Assembly (NCBI RefSeq): GCF_004010195.1
Contig: NC_057719.1
Location: 87,550,382-87,614,381 of the forward strand
DNA: 64,000 bases
Source: Chiloscyllium plagiosum
Taxonomy: Eukaryota
Direction: 5' to 3'
Under the pieces are notes generated by a model, which saw nothing but the letters and a program-made list of their open reading frames with translations, ran no database searches and was not told the origin of the DNA. Positions 52,402-64,000 of the stretch are shown here, one piece after another; within the stretch, counting starts at the first letter, position 1, and each line of letters begins with the position of its first letter. Made by a program: the position numbers and the translations under genes.

Positions 52402-52989
52402 TTTCTTGACTGATGACTACTATGTTTCGAAACAAATTCTAAATGGTGCATCTGGCACAGTGCTGATGTTCCGACCTCTGGGCAGAAGGTCCAGCTGTGA
52501 ATCCCAGACATGGGTACGTTATAACATGTTTCACCAGGCCAATTAAAAAAGTATATCCTTTTTTTTTTCACTCAATCTGAGCTATATCCTCTTCTGGCAA
52601 TTATAGGCACTACAGTTATATAAATATTAACAACACTGTGTTACTCCTACAAGACCTGTTTTATCAAACATTAGCTCAGAATTAGGTGAGCTAGCCTCCA
52701 ACAATTATGTAACAAAACCTTGGTCACACTTTAAACTGCTGAATTATAGATGTGATGCAAGCAGAATAAGATAGAGTGGAGGAAATCACTAATGGAGAAA
52801 ATACAACTTTCTCACCTGATGTATCCCATCTCTATTTTACAATGTGAATATTTTGATTATTGATAAAGATTACATTCTTTTCAACACAAGTTGCAAGTCT
52901 TTCTGCCAAACTAGACTGATCTCACCTTCTAATGAGATGCCATGCATTGCTTGTTGTAAATGGAATAGTCTGCACTGGAATCACAAGTA

Positions 52990-53850
52990 CAAAACTACAT
53001 GGAATTAAAGTAGCATTGATGGTGCTTTGTGTATCCATTCAGTTTGGTAATGTATTCAAATTTTCCCCTTCCCTTCATTGTTGGCATTCTACAGGTGTCA
53101 TTCCCTCCATGTCATCCGATCCACTCCTCCATCACTCCTAATACATCCTCACTTAATGTGGAACCTTTCCATGAAATCACAGGAAGTGTATCACTTGTCC
53201 ATTCATTTTCTCCCTCCTCACTGCCTAAGGCCACAAATACACCTTCCAGGTGAAGTAACGTTTTACTTAAACTTCTTTCAATCTAGTCCACTGGGTATTC
53301 ACAGTAATCTCATTGTACAGACTGCAAAGCAAGCTGAAGGAATAAAAGCAAATTACTGCGGATGCAGGAATCTGAAACCAAAAGAGAAAATGCTGGAAAA
53401 TCTCAGCAGGTCTGGCACCATCTGCAAGGAGAGAAACGAGCTGACGTTTCGAGTCTAACTGACCCTTTGTCAAATGAGAAGGAACAACACTTCATTTTCA
53501 GCTTAAGCATTTTAAGTTCTGCCAGGCCTGCTGAGTTTCTGCAGTACTTTGCTTCAAGACATTGAGTTCAACAACTACACAATATGACTTGCTGTCCCTA
53601 TTCTTCCTTCTCTCTCTCTCTCACACAGAGCAGACCCATTTTTTGCATTTCACACCCAATATTTACACCTAATTTACATCTGTCTCTTCTTTATGACAGT
53701 TAGCTTTTCCTGTATTTTGCTATGGGCACTCTCACCATCTGTTCCACTCTCTCTTCCTTCCTCTTGATCAACGACATCAAAACTATTTTTCAGTCCTTTT
53801 CAGTTCTGCCAGACCTGCTGAGTTTCTGCAGTACTTTGCTTTTAGTTAAA
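52990..53850 (+). mobile_element. Rearranged PLE fragments (linker region plus several terminal-repeat pieces in both orientations)
   Basis: 53160-53300 is similar to the reverse complement of ~12750-12870 (GTF...C.TCPF...TFQVK.RFT). Terminal repeats at 53345-53475 (-), 53515-53555 and 53800-53845. Confidence 0.55.
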
Positions 53851-55734
53851 ATTCCCTGAATTTGTAGTGTTTGCTTTTATTTGCATATTAGGTATGCATG
53901 GTTGTATGGTGCTGTTTTTGCCACATGTCCCTACAGTCCTTACTGATGTCTGGATTTTCTTACCCGCTGGTAATGACAGAATGACCGTTATACTGGAAAA
54001 TAGGATTATATTACCATTGAATATAGTTCTGTTGTTACTAATGGCTCATAGCAACTTACCATTGCCCAACTTTCAGCCATTAACTCTGACATTAATCTAT
54101 CCCTTTTCTCACAGAGGCAGTACTGTTTATTATGGACAGTATCATTAGTTTTAAGGTGGGAGATCCTCTACACAAGGACTGTGCAGTGGTCGCTCCTACT
54201 AATACAGGCATGGACAGATATATCCAAGACAGGGATAAACTGATGAGGGTGAGGATAAGTGGGTTTTCCATCTTGTTGCTTCACTTACTACCAGCCATAG
54301 GCTCAACCTGGCAAACATTGCGTTCAAAACCAGACCGGCGTGGTGAGTAGTAGTGCAACTGAGGCATTCTTGGTAATGAATACTGGAAGTAACCGTCTAT
54401 CCAGAATACATTTTTCTCCTCACCACTCAGTGCTTTTTCCATGTGATGCTCACCATGAAGGAGTATGAATGAGGGAGGGCAGTAGCTAGTAACCCGAAGG
54501 ATGTGTTCTTGCTCATGTTTGCCATATGAGTTATGGGATCTTGAGTCAATGTTGAGGATTTCCATTGCCAAGCATGTTGATTGTTGTAGAACTATGCCAA
54601 CATCTCTGGTTGTGTCCCACTGTCCTGCTAGTAAGACAGGACATACCCAGGGACAGTAATGAGTTGTCTAGGGCAGTGGCTATAAAAAATAATTTGGAGG
54701 TGCATCAAGCTATTGCTCAATTACTCTGTAAGACAGTTCCCTCAACCTTAGCATAAGCCCAGAGACGTTATTGAGGAGAATTTTGCATGGCTCGGTCATC
54801 TCCAGTTCCTGGATTGATGCTGAGTGGTCATCTGGTTTTATTCCTTTTTGACATTTTTGTACCATTTTGATTTGCAGTGGGTTTACAGTGACATCCTGAA
54901 CCTTTTAAAATAAGAGTTGAGAGACTTTGCTGTTGGTTTGGAGTCACAAGTGGGGTTGGCTGGGTAAGAATTCCTGAAGGAAACTAGTGAATTAGATGAG
55001 TTTTTACAATACAAGACTCTTGTCACCTTGAGAGATGACAAAATGGTGCTGACACTGGGTGACTCTATGATCTTTCTACAGCAGATCTTATTCTCACATT
55101 TCTTACAACCGTTCTGTTCTTTTAAACCTCATTTCTGCTTTTTGCGTACCTCCTCTGCAAACGCAACTTTGTATTTCTTGCTCTGTTTAATCACCCTATG
55201 CTCTTTGTGTTAGGATCTGCCTGTATTGCAAGCAAAACAAAAAACTTTTCCCTGCACTTAGGGGTACATGTGACAATAATAAATCAAATCAGTCAATGAC
55301 TGCTTCACATCACTATTGCAGAAATTAGCTTTATTTTCCAGATTTATTGGTTCCTTAAGCTTATATTCTATGTTCTGTCTTGTTGTACTGGGGGAGAAGA
55401 CAGTACCTCAAATTCTTCGGCTGCTTCATCAATGACCTTCCTGAACAAGGATGTTTTCTGATGACTGCCTGCCTGTTCAGCATCATTCGTGACTTCTCAC
55501 ATACTGAAGTAGTCGCTGTCCATCTGCAGACCTCGATAACACGCAGGCTTGAGCTGCTAAATGGCAGGTTTCATTCATGCAACACAAGTACCAGAAAACT
55601 ACAAGAGAAATTCTGACCACCGTCCCTTGATGTTCAATTGCATTATCATTGCTGAATCCTCCACTATCAACATTCTGGAGTTAGCACTGACTAGAAACTA
55701 AACTGAACCAGTCCCATAATTATAATGGGTTTGA

Positions 55735-56110
55735 TGGGTTTTCATTAGAGAGAAGAAGGTTGAGAGGTGATTTAATAGAGACATATAAGATAATCAGAGG
55801 GTTAGATAGAGTGGACAGGGAGAGCCTTTTTCCAAGTATGGTGACGGCGAGCACGAGGGGGCATAGCTTTAAATTGAGGGGTGATAGATAGAGGACAGAT
55901 ATCAGAGGTAGTTTCTTTACTCAGAGTAGTAAGGGTATGGAATGCTTTGCCTGCAACGGTAGTAGATTCGCCAACTTTAAGTACATTTAAGTCGTCATTG
56001 GACAAGCATATGGACGGACATGGAATAGTGTAGGCTTCAGATTGGTATGACAGGTCAGTTCAACATCGAGGGCCGAAGGGCTTGTACTGCGCTGTAATGT
56101 TCTATGTTGT
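55735..56110 (+). mobile_element. CR1 3' fragment nested in a second-family LINE relic (55400-56410)
   Basis: FSLERRRLRGDLIETYKIIRG; the flanks match 27830-28720. Confidence 0.8.
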
Positions 56111-57189
56111 ATAAAGGTAGGTCAGCACCTTCTAAAACCAGGACCATTACCATCTAGAAGAAAAGACACATGGGAACAACACGGCCAGCAAGTTCTACTC
56201 CAAGCCACTCCAAACATCTGTTCTGACTTGGAAATATATCACAGTCCCTTTCATTGCCCTGGATCAAAATTCTGGTACTCCCTGTGGGGGTACCTACACC
56301 ACAGGAAGTTCAGTGGTTCAAAAAGGCAGCGCACTACCACCACAAGGACAATAAATAGTGGACAACACTAACTGGTCTTACCAGGATCTCTCACATTCAA
56401 TGAAAGAATAAAAGTAAGTTGTTCTTAAAAATTGAAGAATTCTAGATTTTAGTCTTTGGATACAGAACATAAAATGCAGAAGGTTATGATGCAAAGCATT
56501 TAGGAACTTATTTTTATGAAGAGATTAAACAAGAGACTGATGTTGTAGATGTGTTTGGAAGTATGGGAAAACTGGGCAAGTAGTTGAAGAGTCCAGATGA
56601 AAGGCTCAGAGATTCAAGATGAAATTCAAGATACATAGAACAATGAACAGGAGTAACATGTTTGCACTCCCAGTTTTAATGGTTGAAGCAGAAACTGTGT
56701 CAATAGTTATGATCAGATTGAATAGTGTGGAAGGAAAAGAGAATTTAAAAAGAAGTATCCAGGAACAGGCTGGATAAATATGATTAGAATTACTTGGTTA
56801 TGTGGAGGACAAGAACCAACAATGTTAGGTTGAGCTAAATGACCCATTTCATATTGTAACGTCTCTACACTTACACCTAAGGATGATACCTAAATGAACA
56901 AACACTCTTTGGTGCAGCCTATTCTGTATTCTTTCATTTTGCTACCCTTGTAACATTCATCTCTCAAAATGTTTTAAGTGGTGTGGCAAAGAATACTCAG
57001 GATAATTTTCATTACTTATTCTTTAAAAGAATAGTGAGATGGGATTACTGTAAATTAATTCTAGAAATAACAGCATCAATTCCTTCCCTCTCTCACTCAC
57101 ACACATATCCAATAACTCTTCGCATTAAAAAATTACATCTTGCGCTCTGTCAAATGGAAACAATTGAGTGCACATTGCTACCATCATAC

Positions 57190-57354
57190 CTGCATCTTTT
57201 TTACATTGGGAAAATCACCAGCAGAGATATTGTGTTCCTGCTGGAGCGTGAAATATATCTCTTGAAGTCTACTTATCATCTCCTTCTTCTTCAGTTCTTT
57301 CCCAAAAACAGCTGGCATCTCCTTCTTCAAGTAACTGATGATATAGGCATGAAC
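57190..57354 (-). CDS. EHD4: EHD4 penultimate coding exon (VHAYIISYLKKEMPAVFGKELKKKEMISRLQEIYFTLQQEHNISAGDFPNVKKMQ)
   Basis: Read by hand; absent from the ORF track. Acceptor ttctAG, donor CAG|GTATGA. 165 nt, phase 0/0, in frame with the last exon. Confidence 0.92.
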
Positions 57355-58172
57355 CTAGAAACACCATTGGGAGTGGTTAGACAATACATTCAACATCCAA
57401 TGTACTTTTTCACATGTACCCATAATACTGTATACTAAAAATCTTACATCCATACACACTTCCTGCTTACAAACCTTAAACACATGAATCCAGAGCAGGA
57501 CAAGGTTCCTCAAGCCTGATCTGTCATTCAATAAGATCATTGCTTACCTATCCTTGATAACCTTTCACCTCCCTTGCTCATCAAGTACCTATTGCTATTG
57601 GTACTTTGAAAATATTTCAAGGTTCTTCTGATGTTGCCTTCCTAAGAAGAGCATTCCAACCCTCACAAACGTCATCTGTCCTAAATGGGTGACTCCTTAT
57701 TTTAAACAATGATGACCTTCTAGTTCTGGATTGTCCCACAAGAGAAACATCCTCTCCACATCTACCCTATCAAGACCCGTCAGGATTTTGTTTTAATCAG
57801 GTTGTCTGTTATTGTACTAAATGGAGCTGATACAGGCCTAGCCAGTCCAAACTTCCTTCATAACACAACCACAATTCCAGGTATTAGTCTCGTAAACTTT
57901 CTCTAGACTACCTCCAATATTTTTACATCTGTCTTTAAATACAGGAGATACTAAATGAGTATTCTGCATCAGTGCTTATTGTGGAGAAGGACATGGAAGA
58001 TAAGAATGTAGGGAAGTAGATGGTAATATCATGAAAAATGTCCATATTACAGAGGAGGAAGTGCTGGATGTCTTGAATCACAAAAATGGATAAATTCCCA
58101 GGACCTGATCAGATGCATCCTTGAACTCTGAGAAGCTAGGGAAGTGATTGCTGGGCCTCTTGCCAAGATATT

Positions 58173-58484
58173 TTAGATTAGATTAGATTAGATTACTTAC
58201 AGTGTGGAAACAGGCCCTTCGGCCCTACATGTCCACACCGCCCCGCCGAAGCGCAACCCCTACCTTTACCCCTTACCTAACACTACGGGGAATTTAGCAT
58301 GGCCAATTCACCTAACCTGCACATCTTTGGACTGTGGGAGGAAACCGGAGCACCCGGAGGAAACCCACGCAGACATGGGGAGAACATGCAAACTCCACAC
58401 AGTCAGTCGCCTGAGGTGGGAATTGAACCCGGGTCTCTGGCGCTGTGAGGCAGCAGTGCTAACCACTGTGCCACCGTGCCGCCC
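58173..58484 (-). mobile_element. HE1-type V-SINE nested in CR1
   Basis: Reverse complement of the same family with a (TCTAA)n tail. Interrupts the CR1 ORF2 relic. Confidence 0.88.
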
Positions 58485-59530
58485 TCAAACATTTGTATCA
58501 TTGATAGTCACAGGTGAGGTGCCAGAAGGCCAGAGATTGGCTAATGTGGTGCCACTGTTTAAAGAAGCATGATAAGGACAAGCCAGGCAACTATAGACCA
58601 GTGAGTCTGATGTTAGTGGTGGCAAGTTGTTGGAGGGAATCCTGAGGGCCATGATGTACATGTATTTGGAAAGGTAAGGACTGATTAGGGATAGTCAACA
58701 TGGCTTTGTGCGTGGGAAATCATGTCTCACAAACTTGATTGAGTTTTTTGAAGAAGTTGTAAAGAGAATTGATGAGGGTAGAGCAGTGGATGTGATCTAT
58801 ATGGACTTCAGTAAGGAGTTCTACAAAATTCCCCATAGGAGACTGGTTAGCAAGGTTACATCTCAGGGAATACAGGAAGAACTAGCCATTTGGATACAGA
58901 ACTGACTCAAAAGGTAGAAGACTGGTGGTGGTGGAGAGTTTTCAGACTGGAGGCCTGTGACCAGTGCAGTGCAGTGCCACAAGGATCGGTGCTGGGTCCA
59001 CTATTTTTCATCATTTATATAAATGATTTGGATATGAGCATAAGAGGTATAGTTACTAAGTTTGCTGATGACACCAAAATTGGAGGTGTAGCAGACAGCG
59101 AAGGAGGATATCTCAGATTACAACAGGATATTGATCAGATGGGCCAATTGGCTGAGGAGTGGCAGATGGAGTTTAATTTAGATAAATGCAAGGTGCTGCA
59201 TTTTGGGAAAGCAAATCTTAGCAGGACTTATACACTTAATGGTAAGGTCCCGGGGAGTGCTGCTGAACAAAGAGACCTTGGAGTGCAGGTTCATAGCTCC
59301 TTGAAAGTGGAGTCACAGATAGATAAGATGGTGAAGGTGGTGTTTGGTATGCTTTCCTTTATTGAGTACAGAGGTTGGGAGGTCATGTCGTGGCTTTACG
59401 GACATTGGTTAGGTTACTGTTGGAATATTGGACGAAATTCTGGTCTCCTTCCTTTAGGAAGGATGTTCTGAAGCTTAAGAGAGTTCAGAAAAGATTTACA
59501 AGGATGTTGCCCGGGTTGGAGGATTTCAGC

Positions 59531-59853
59531 TAGATTAGATTAGATTAGATTACTTTACAGTGTGGAAACAGGCCCTTCGGCCCAACAAGTCCACATCGAC
59601 CCGCCGAAGCGCAAACCACACATACCCCTACATTTACCCCTTACCCAACACTACGGACAATTTAGCATGGCCAGTTCACCTGACCTGCACATCTTTGGAC
59701 TGTGGGAGGAAACTGGAGCACCCGGAGGAAACCCACGCAGACACGGGGAGAATGTGCAAACTCCACAGAGTCAGTCGCCTGAGGCGGGAATTGAACCCGG
59801 GTCTCTGGCGCTGTGAAGCAGCAGTGCTAACCACTGTGCCACCGTGCCGCCCA
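59531..59853 (-). mobile_element. HE1-type V-SINE nested in CR1
   Basis: As above; short GCTA duplication at the flanks. Confidence 0.88.
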
Positions 59854-60415
59854 CGCTATAGGGAGAGGTTGAATAAGCTGGGGCTGTTTTCCCTGGAGCA
59901 TCGGAGGCTGAGGGATTGACCTTATAGAGGTTTATAAAATCATGAGGAGCATGGATAGGATAAATAGACAAGTCTCTTCAATGGGTTGGGTGAGTCCAGA
60001 ACTAGAGGGCATAGGTTTAGGGCGAGAGGGGAAGATATAAAAAAAACCTAAGGGGAAACCTTTTCAAGCAGAGGATAGTATGTGTATGGAAATGATCTGC
60101 CAGAGGAAGTGGTGAGGCTAGTACATTTGCAATATTTAAAAGGCATCTGGATGGATATATGAATAGGAAGGGTTTGGAGGGATATGGGCCGGGTGCTGGC
60201 AGGTGGGACTAGATTAGGTTGGGATATCTGGTTGAGTTGGACCGAACGGTCTGTTTCTGTGCTGTACATCTCTATGACTCTACAGAGACCAATACTGTTG
60301 ACAATACTCCAGGTGTATAACTGAAGAATAACTTCGCTACTTTTCTAGGAATTCCCTTTGCAGTAAAGGGAATTTTATTAACTTTCCTAACTGTTTGCAA
60401 GAGTTGCCTATAGTA

Positions 60416-60622
60416 CAATAGTCGCCCCCATACCTGCAGAGGATACGTTCCAAAACCTACCGTGGAATCCCGAAACTGTGGATAGGTGCGAACCCATTCA
60501 TTTAAATGGGAAGCGTACGTTCCCAGCAGCCTCCTGGTCCCTGGTTCTGGAATGTTCCCTATATTATGTTTGGGCCACAGTAAACCGCAGTAACCGGACT
60601 TGCGGGTACAGGGGTCACTGTG
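60416..60622. mobile_element. Tigger/pogo-like MITE
   Basis: TA-flanked. Left AGTCGCCCCCATACCTGCA versus right reverse complement AGTGACCCCTGTACCCGCA. Interrupts a CR1. Confidence 0.55.
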
Positions 60623-61845
60623 TACCACCCTTTTGCAATTCTTGCACAAGGATACCCAGATCCTTCTATATTACGAAGTGCTGCAATATCTCTCTTTTTA
60701 GACCATGCTTCACTTTTTATTCTTCCTGTCAAATTGAACAACTTCACATTTTTCATATTAAACTCCATCTGCCACAACTTTGCCCACTCAACTTATTTAT
60801 AAACTTTTTGTAGCTTCATGTCCCTTCACAACTTAGTTTCATTCCTATGTGTGTCATCAATAAATTTAGGTACAAAAGCTCCCAACCTTTCATGCAAATT
60901 TGTTTTTGTAAATTGTAAAACATGGAGCCCCCAGCCTTGATCTCTGTGGCACACCACGCATATCTTATCAACCAATAACCCACTTATGTCTACTCTGTTG
61001 CCTAGTAGTAGCCAAACTTCTATCAATGCCAATATGTTATCCCATAAGTTTTTATTTTTCACAATAACCTTTAATGCAGCACCTTATGAAATCTTCGGTA
61101 AACCTCAGTACACCAATTGATTTGCCCTTTACCCACACCGGGTGTTACTTCTAAAAGAATTTAAATTGGTTAACTAAGATTTCCCTTTCACAAAAACCAT
61201 ATTGACTTTACCTGATTACCTTGCTTTTTTTCTAACTGCCCTATGACATCTTGAATAACTTTTAACATATTTCCTGCTTTCTGTCTCTCACCCTTTTTGA
61301 ATAAACTCACTATTCTCCAATCTAATGGACCTTTTTTAAAAGTAGGGAATTTGGAAAATTAAAATCAATACATCATTAGTCACTTTATTTAAGACCCTTA
61401 GTTGATGTCCACCATCGCTTGGGAATTTATCAATCCTAAACTCCAATAATTTGCTCAGTACCACTCCCATGGTGACTAATTGGTTTAAGTTCCTCATGTT
61501 TATTTCCTGATTGACAGCTATTTCTGGGATGTTGCTTACACGCACCCTAGTGAGATGCAAGTTTTGTTAACGTCCATTTAGAAGGATGCAAAATACCCGT
61601 TATATTCATTTAACAAGCCATTACTTTCCATTATTAATTACCTTGATGCTCACTCTATAGGAGTAATGCTTGTAATTATTTACTTTTTAAAATTAAATAT
61701 AGAAACTTTTGCTATCAATTTTTAATATTGCGAATTAACTTTTTGTACTGAAAACTTCCCTGTCCTTAGTAATCCTTTAGTCGTTCTTGGCTTTTTTAAA
61801 AATATTCTGTCCAGACTTTTGACTTGCCACCCAATGTTACAAAAC

Positions 61846-62250
61846 CTTAGTTTTAAGTCAACCTGTTCAGAGACATTATAAAACATGTCTCAGGTATGTG
61901 GGACTGGAAAGTAGAAGGGCCATTCCTGAAGAAGGGCCTGTGCCCGAAACGTCGAATCTCCTGTTCCCTGGATGCTGCCTGACCTGCTGTGCTGTTCCAG
62001 CAATAAAGTTTCAACAAACTGGAAAGTAGAAATACTGTCATTGCACTGCAAGAGCCCTAACTTTGCACAATTACATGTTTGGAGCCACAGTATTTATGTA
62101 AATAGCTTAGTTTTAAGTCAACCTGTTCAGAGACATTATAAAACATGTCTCAGGTATGTGGGACTGGAAAGTAGAAATACTGTCATTGCACTGAAAGAGC
62201 CCTAACTTTGCACAATTACATGTTTGGAGCCACAGTATTTATGTAAATAG
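61846..62250 (+). repeat. 145-bp tandem duplication; the first copy carries a 101-bp insertion plus a 14-bp TSD
   Basis: Copy 1 is 61846-62105 and copy 2 is 62106-62250, with one substitution (ctgCaag/ctgAaag). Confidence 0.92.
61922..61957 (+). ncRNA. Minimal type I hammerhead ribozyme motif (PLE family A), intact
   Basis: ATTC-CTGAAGA-A-GGGC(CTGT)GCCC-GAAA-CG-TC/GAAT. Helix I is ATTC:GAAT, helix II is GGGC:GCCC, helix III is the palindrome ACGT, and the cleavage triplet is GUC. Confidence 0.8.
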
Positions 62251-62821
62251 CCCAGTTTAATTTTTGGCCAATAGCAACGCCCATCACAGCATGATAATAA
62301 GGGGTTATTCAGCTAGCTTAATGCCAAAGAATGTCAAGCAGTGACATTTCTCTCTTTTTGGCCTGGCACCTGTGTAGCAGGGATGGTACTTGTCATTGGC
62401 CAATCCAAACCTGGACATTGTTCCAGTTTCTTGCTACAACTGGATACGGAATGCTTCAATATCAGAGGAGTTGTGCATAGTGCTGAACATGGTGCAATCA
62501 TCAGTGAGCATCCCCACTTCTGACCTTATTTTGAAGAGAAGGTCACATCGATGAAGCAGCTGAAGATGATCAGGTCTAGGACACTCCCGAGTAACTATGG
62601 ATGTGATGCCCTGTGGTTAAGATGAGTGGCCTCTATGAGGAGGTTATTGACGACTAAGTAGCACTTGACAGCAATGTTAATGATTCACTTGCATTACTTT
62701 GATGATTGAAAACAGACTGTTGAGATTGTAGATAGATTTGTGAACGGGCTACACCTGGGCAACCTCCCACATGACTGTGTAGATTCCAATGTTGTTGCTG
62801 TACTGGGGCCACAGCTTGAAT

Positions 62822-63152
62822 CATAGAATGCCTGCAGTGTGGAAAAAGGCTATTCAGCCCATCGAGCCCACTTCAACTCTCCAAACAGCATCCCACCCTG
62901 ATCTAACCCCCCATACCCTATCCCCATAACCATCCCACCTACCCTGAACATCCCAGGACACTATGGTGTAATTTAGCATGGCTAGTCCAACTAACCTGCA
63001 TATCTTTGAACACCAGGAGCACCTGGAGATAATTCACAGAAACACAGGGAGAATGTGCAAACTCCACACAGACAGTTTCCAAAGGCTGAAATTGAACCTG
63101 GGTCTCCAGTGCAGTGAGGCGGCAGTGTTAACCATTGAGCCACTGTGCCATC
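62822..63152 (-). mobile_element. Diverged V-SINE
   Basis: gagaatgtgcaaactccacacagacag and ttgaacctgggtctc are the reverse V-domain and B box. Confidence 0.75.
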
Positions 63153-63429
63153 TCAGTGAAAGCTCTTCCATCATGCAAACATCCATAGTAAGAATTTCTT
63201 AACACTAGCTAATGCTATTATGTCTCCTACTCCCATATCCCAGCTCATCAGCAGTTTATCATTCAATATCTTGCTGAGGGTGTCTGCATACAGCCAACAA
63301 AACCATTTGTCATACTTTTAGTGATGGCAACATTTACAGCCAAAATGCCCAAGACTATATATCATTTGCATTTTGCTGTAAATGGGGACATCCTGGGTTT
63401 GTGAATGGTGCTGTATAAATGAAAGTCAA

Positions 63430-63815
63430 AACAAGTGATGCTGGAAAAGCACAGCAGGTCAGGCAGCATCCAATGAGCAGGACAGTCAATGTTTCGGGCA
63501 TAAGCCCTTCATCAGGAAGGGGTCTGAGAGCTATATAGGAGGGGGTACTTGGCCTGGAGGGGGGAAGGTAGCTTGGAAGGCGATAGGAAGATGCAAGTGG
63601 GGGGTAAGGGTAATAGGTCAGACCAGAGGGTGGAGCAGATAGGCAGGAAGGAGAATGGACAGGTGGGACAGTTCAAAAGTGTGGTGCAGAGTTGAAGGGT
63701 TGGATCTGGGAATGAGGTGGGGGGGAGGAGAGAGGAAACTGGTGAAGTCGATACTGGTGCTGTGTGATTGGAGGGTCCCAAGGCAGAAAATGAGGCATTC
63801 TTCCCCCTGGCATCA
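63430..63815 (-). mobile_element. PLE family A 3' end with hammerhead motif (63484-63518)
   Basis: Minus strand: degenerate endonuclease C-terminal region, then C/T-rich UTR, then TTC-CTGATGA-A-GGGC(TTAT)GCCC-GAAA-CA-TT and the family tail. Confidence 0.7.
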
Positions 63816-64000
63816 AGTGGCTTCCTTTATGCAAACATTCACAGCAGGAATTTTCTACCACTAATGCTGCTCGACTCCTGTTCCCATATCTCAGTTCCTC
63901 AGGACTATACAGCTAACTTTAATGGCTGCAAGAATTCCCACAAGTTTTATGACTGGGTGTTGCTCAAACTTTGTACTGGTGTTCCCCTGGCCCGACAGCC

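Larger units (their letters stand above)
57945..60281 (+). mobile_element. CR1 LINE ORF2 relic carrying two SINE insertions, nested in an older minus-strand CR1 (57480-61840)
   Basis: KSCLTNLIEFFEEV and VPQGSVLGPLFFIIYINDLD..KFADDTKIGG. TACAG is duplicated at the flanks. Confidence 0.92.

Noticed and set aside
53440..53475. Hammerhead motif on the minus strand as a functional ribozyme
   Set aside because: The core reads TTGACAA rather than CTGANGA, so it is counted only as a decayed or variant PLE terminus.
56983..57438. 151-aa plus-strand ORF
   Set aside because: Antisense to the EHD4 exon, with no independent support.
61846..62250. CRISPR-like repeat-spacer array
   Set aside because: Vertebrate intron with no cas genes; fully explained by a tandem duplication plus a TSD.

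Overview
Vertebrate genomic DNA, almost certainly from an elasmobranch (shark or ray), judged by HE1-type V-SINEs and the CR1/Penelope repeat landscape. Two split genes lie on the minus strand in the same order as in human 15q15. EHD4 contributes its last two coding exons (57190-57354, 41560-42081) and a probable ~8 kb 3' UTR. SPTBN5 (beta-V spectrin) contributes its first five recognisable coding exons, covering the CH1-CH2 actin-binding domain (15344-15454, 4683-4850, 4316-4432, 3593-3750, 493-721), and runs off the left edge. The rest is mostly CR1 and other LINE fragments, three or four SINE families, Penelope-like elements (PLEs), two MITEs, a Gypsy relic and two assembly gaps. The most notable non-genic signal is about 10 minimal hammerhead-ribozyme motifs from three PLE families with covarying helices. 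Two of them occur as ~100-bp insertions with target-site duplications, one with its empty site next to it. Others form fold-back (inverted) arrangements. PLE hammerheads are an established class; whether these particular families are described cannot be judged from sequence alone. Repeat boundaries are approximate, while exon boundaries were read to the base.
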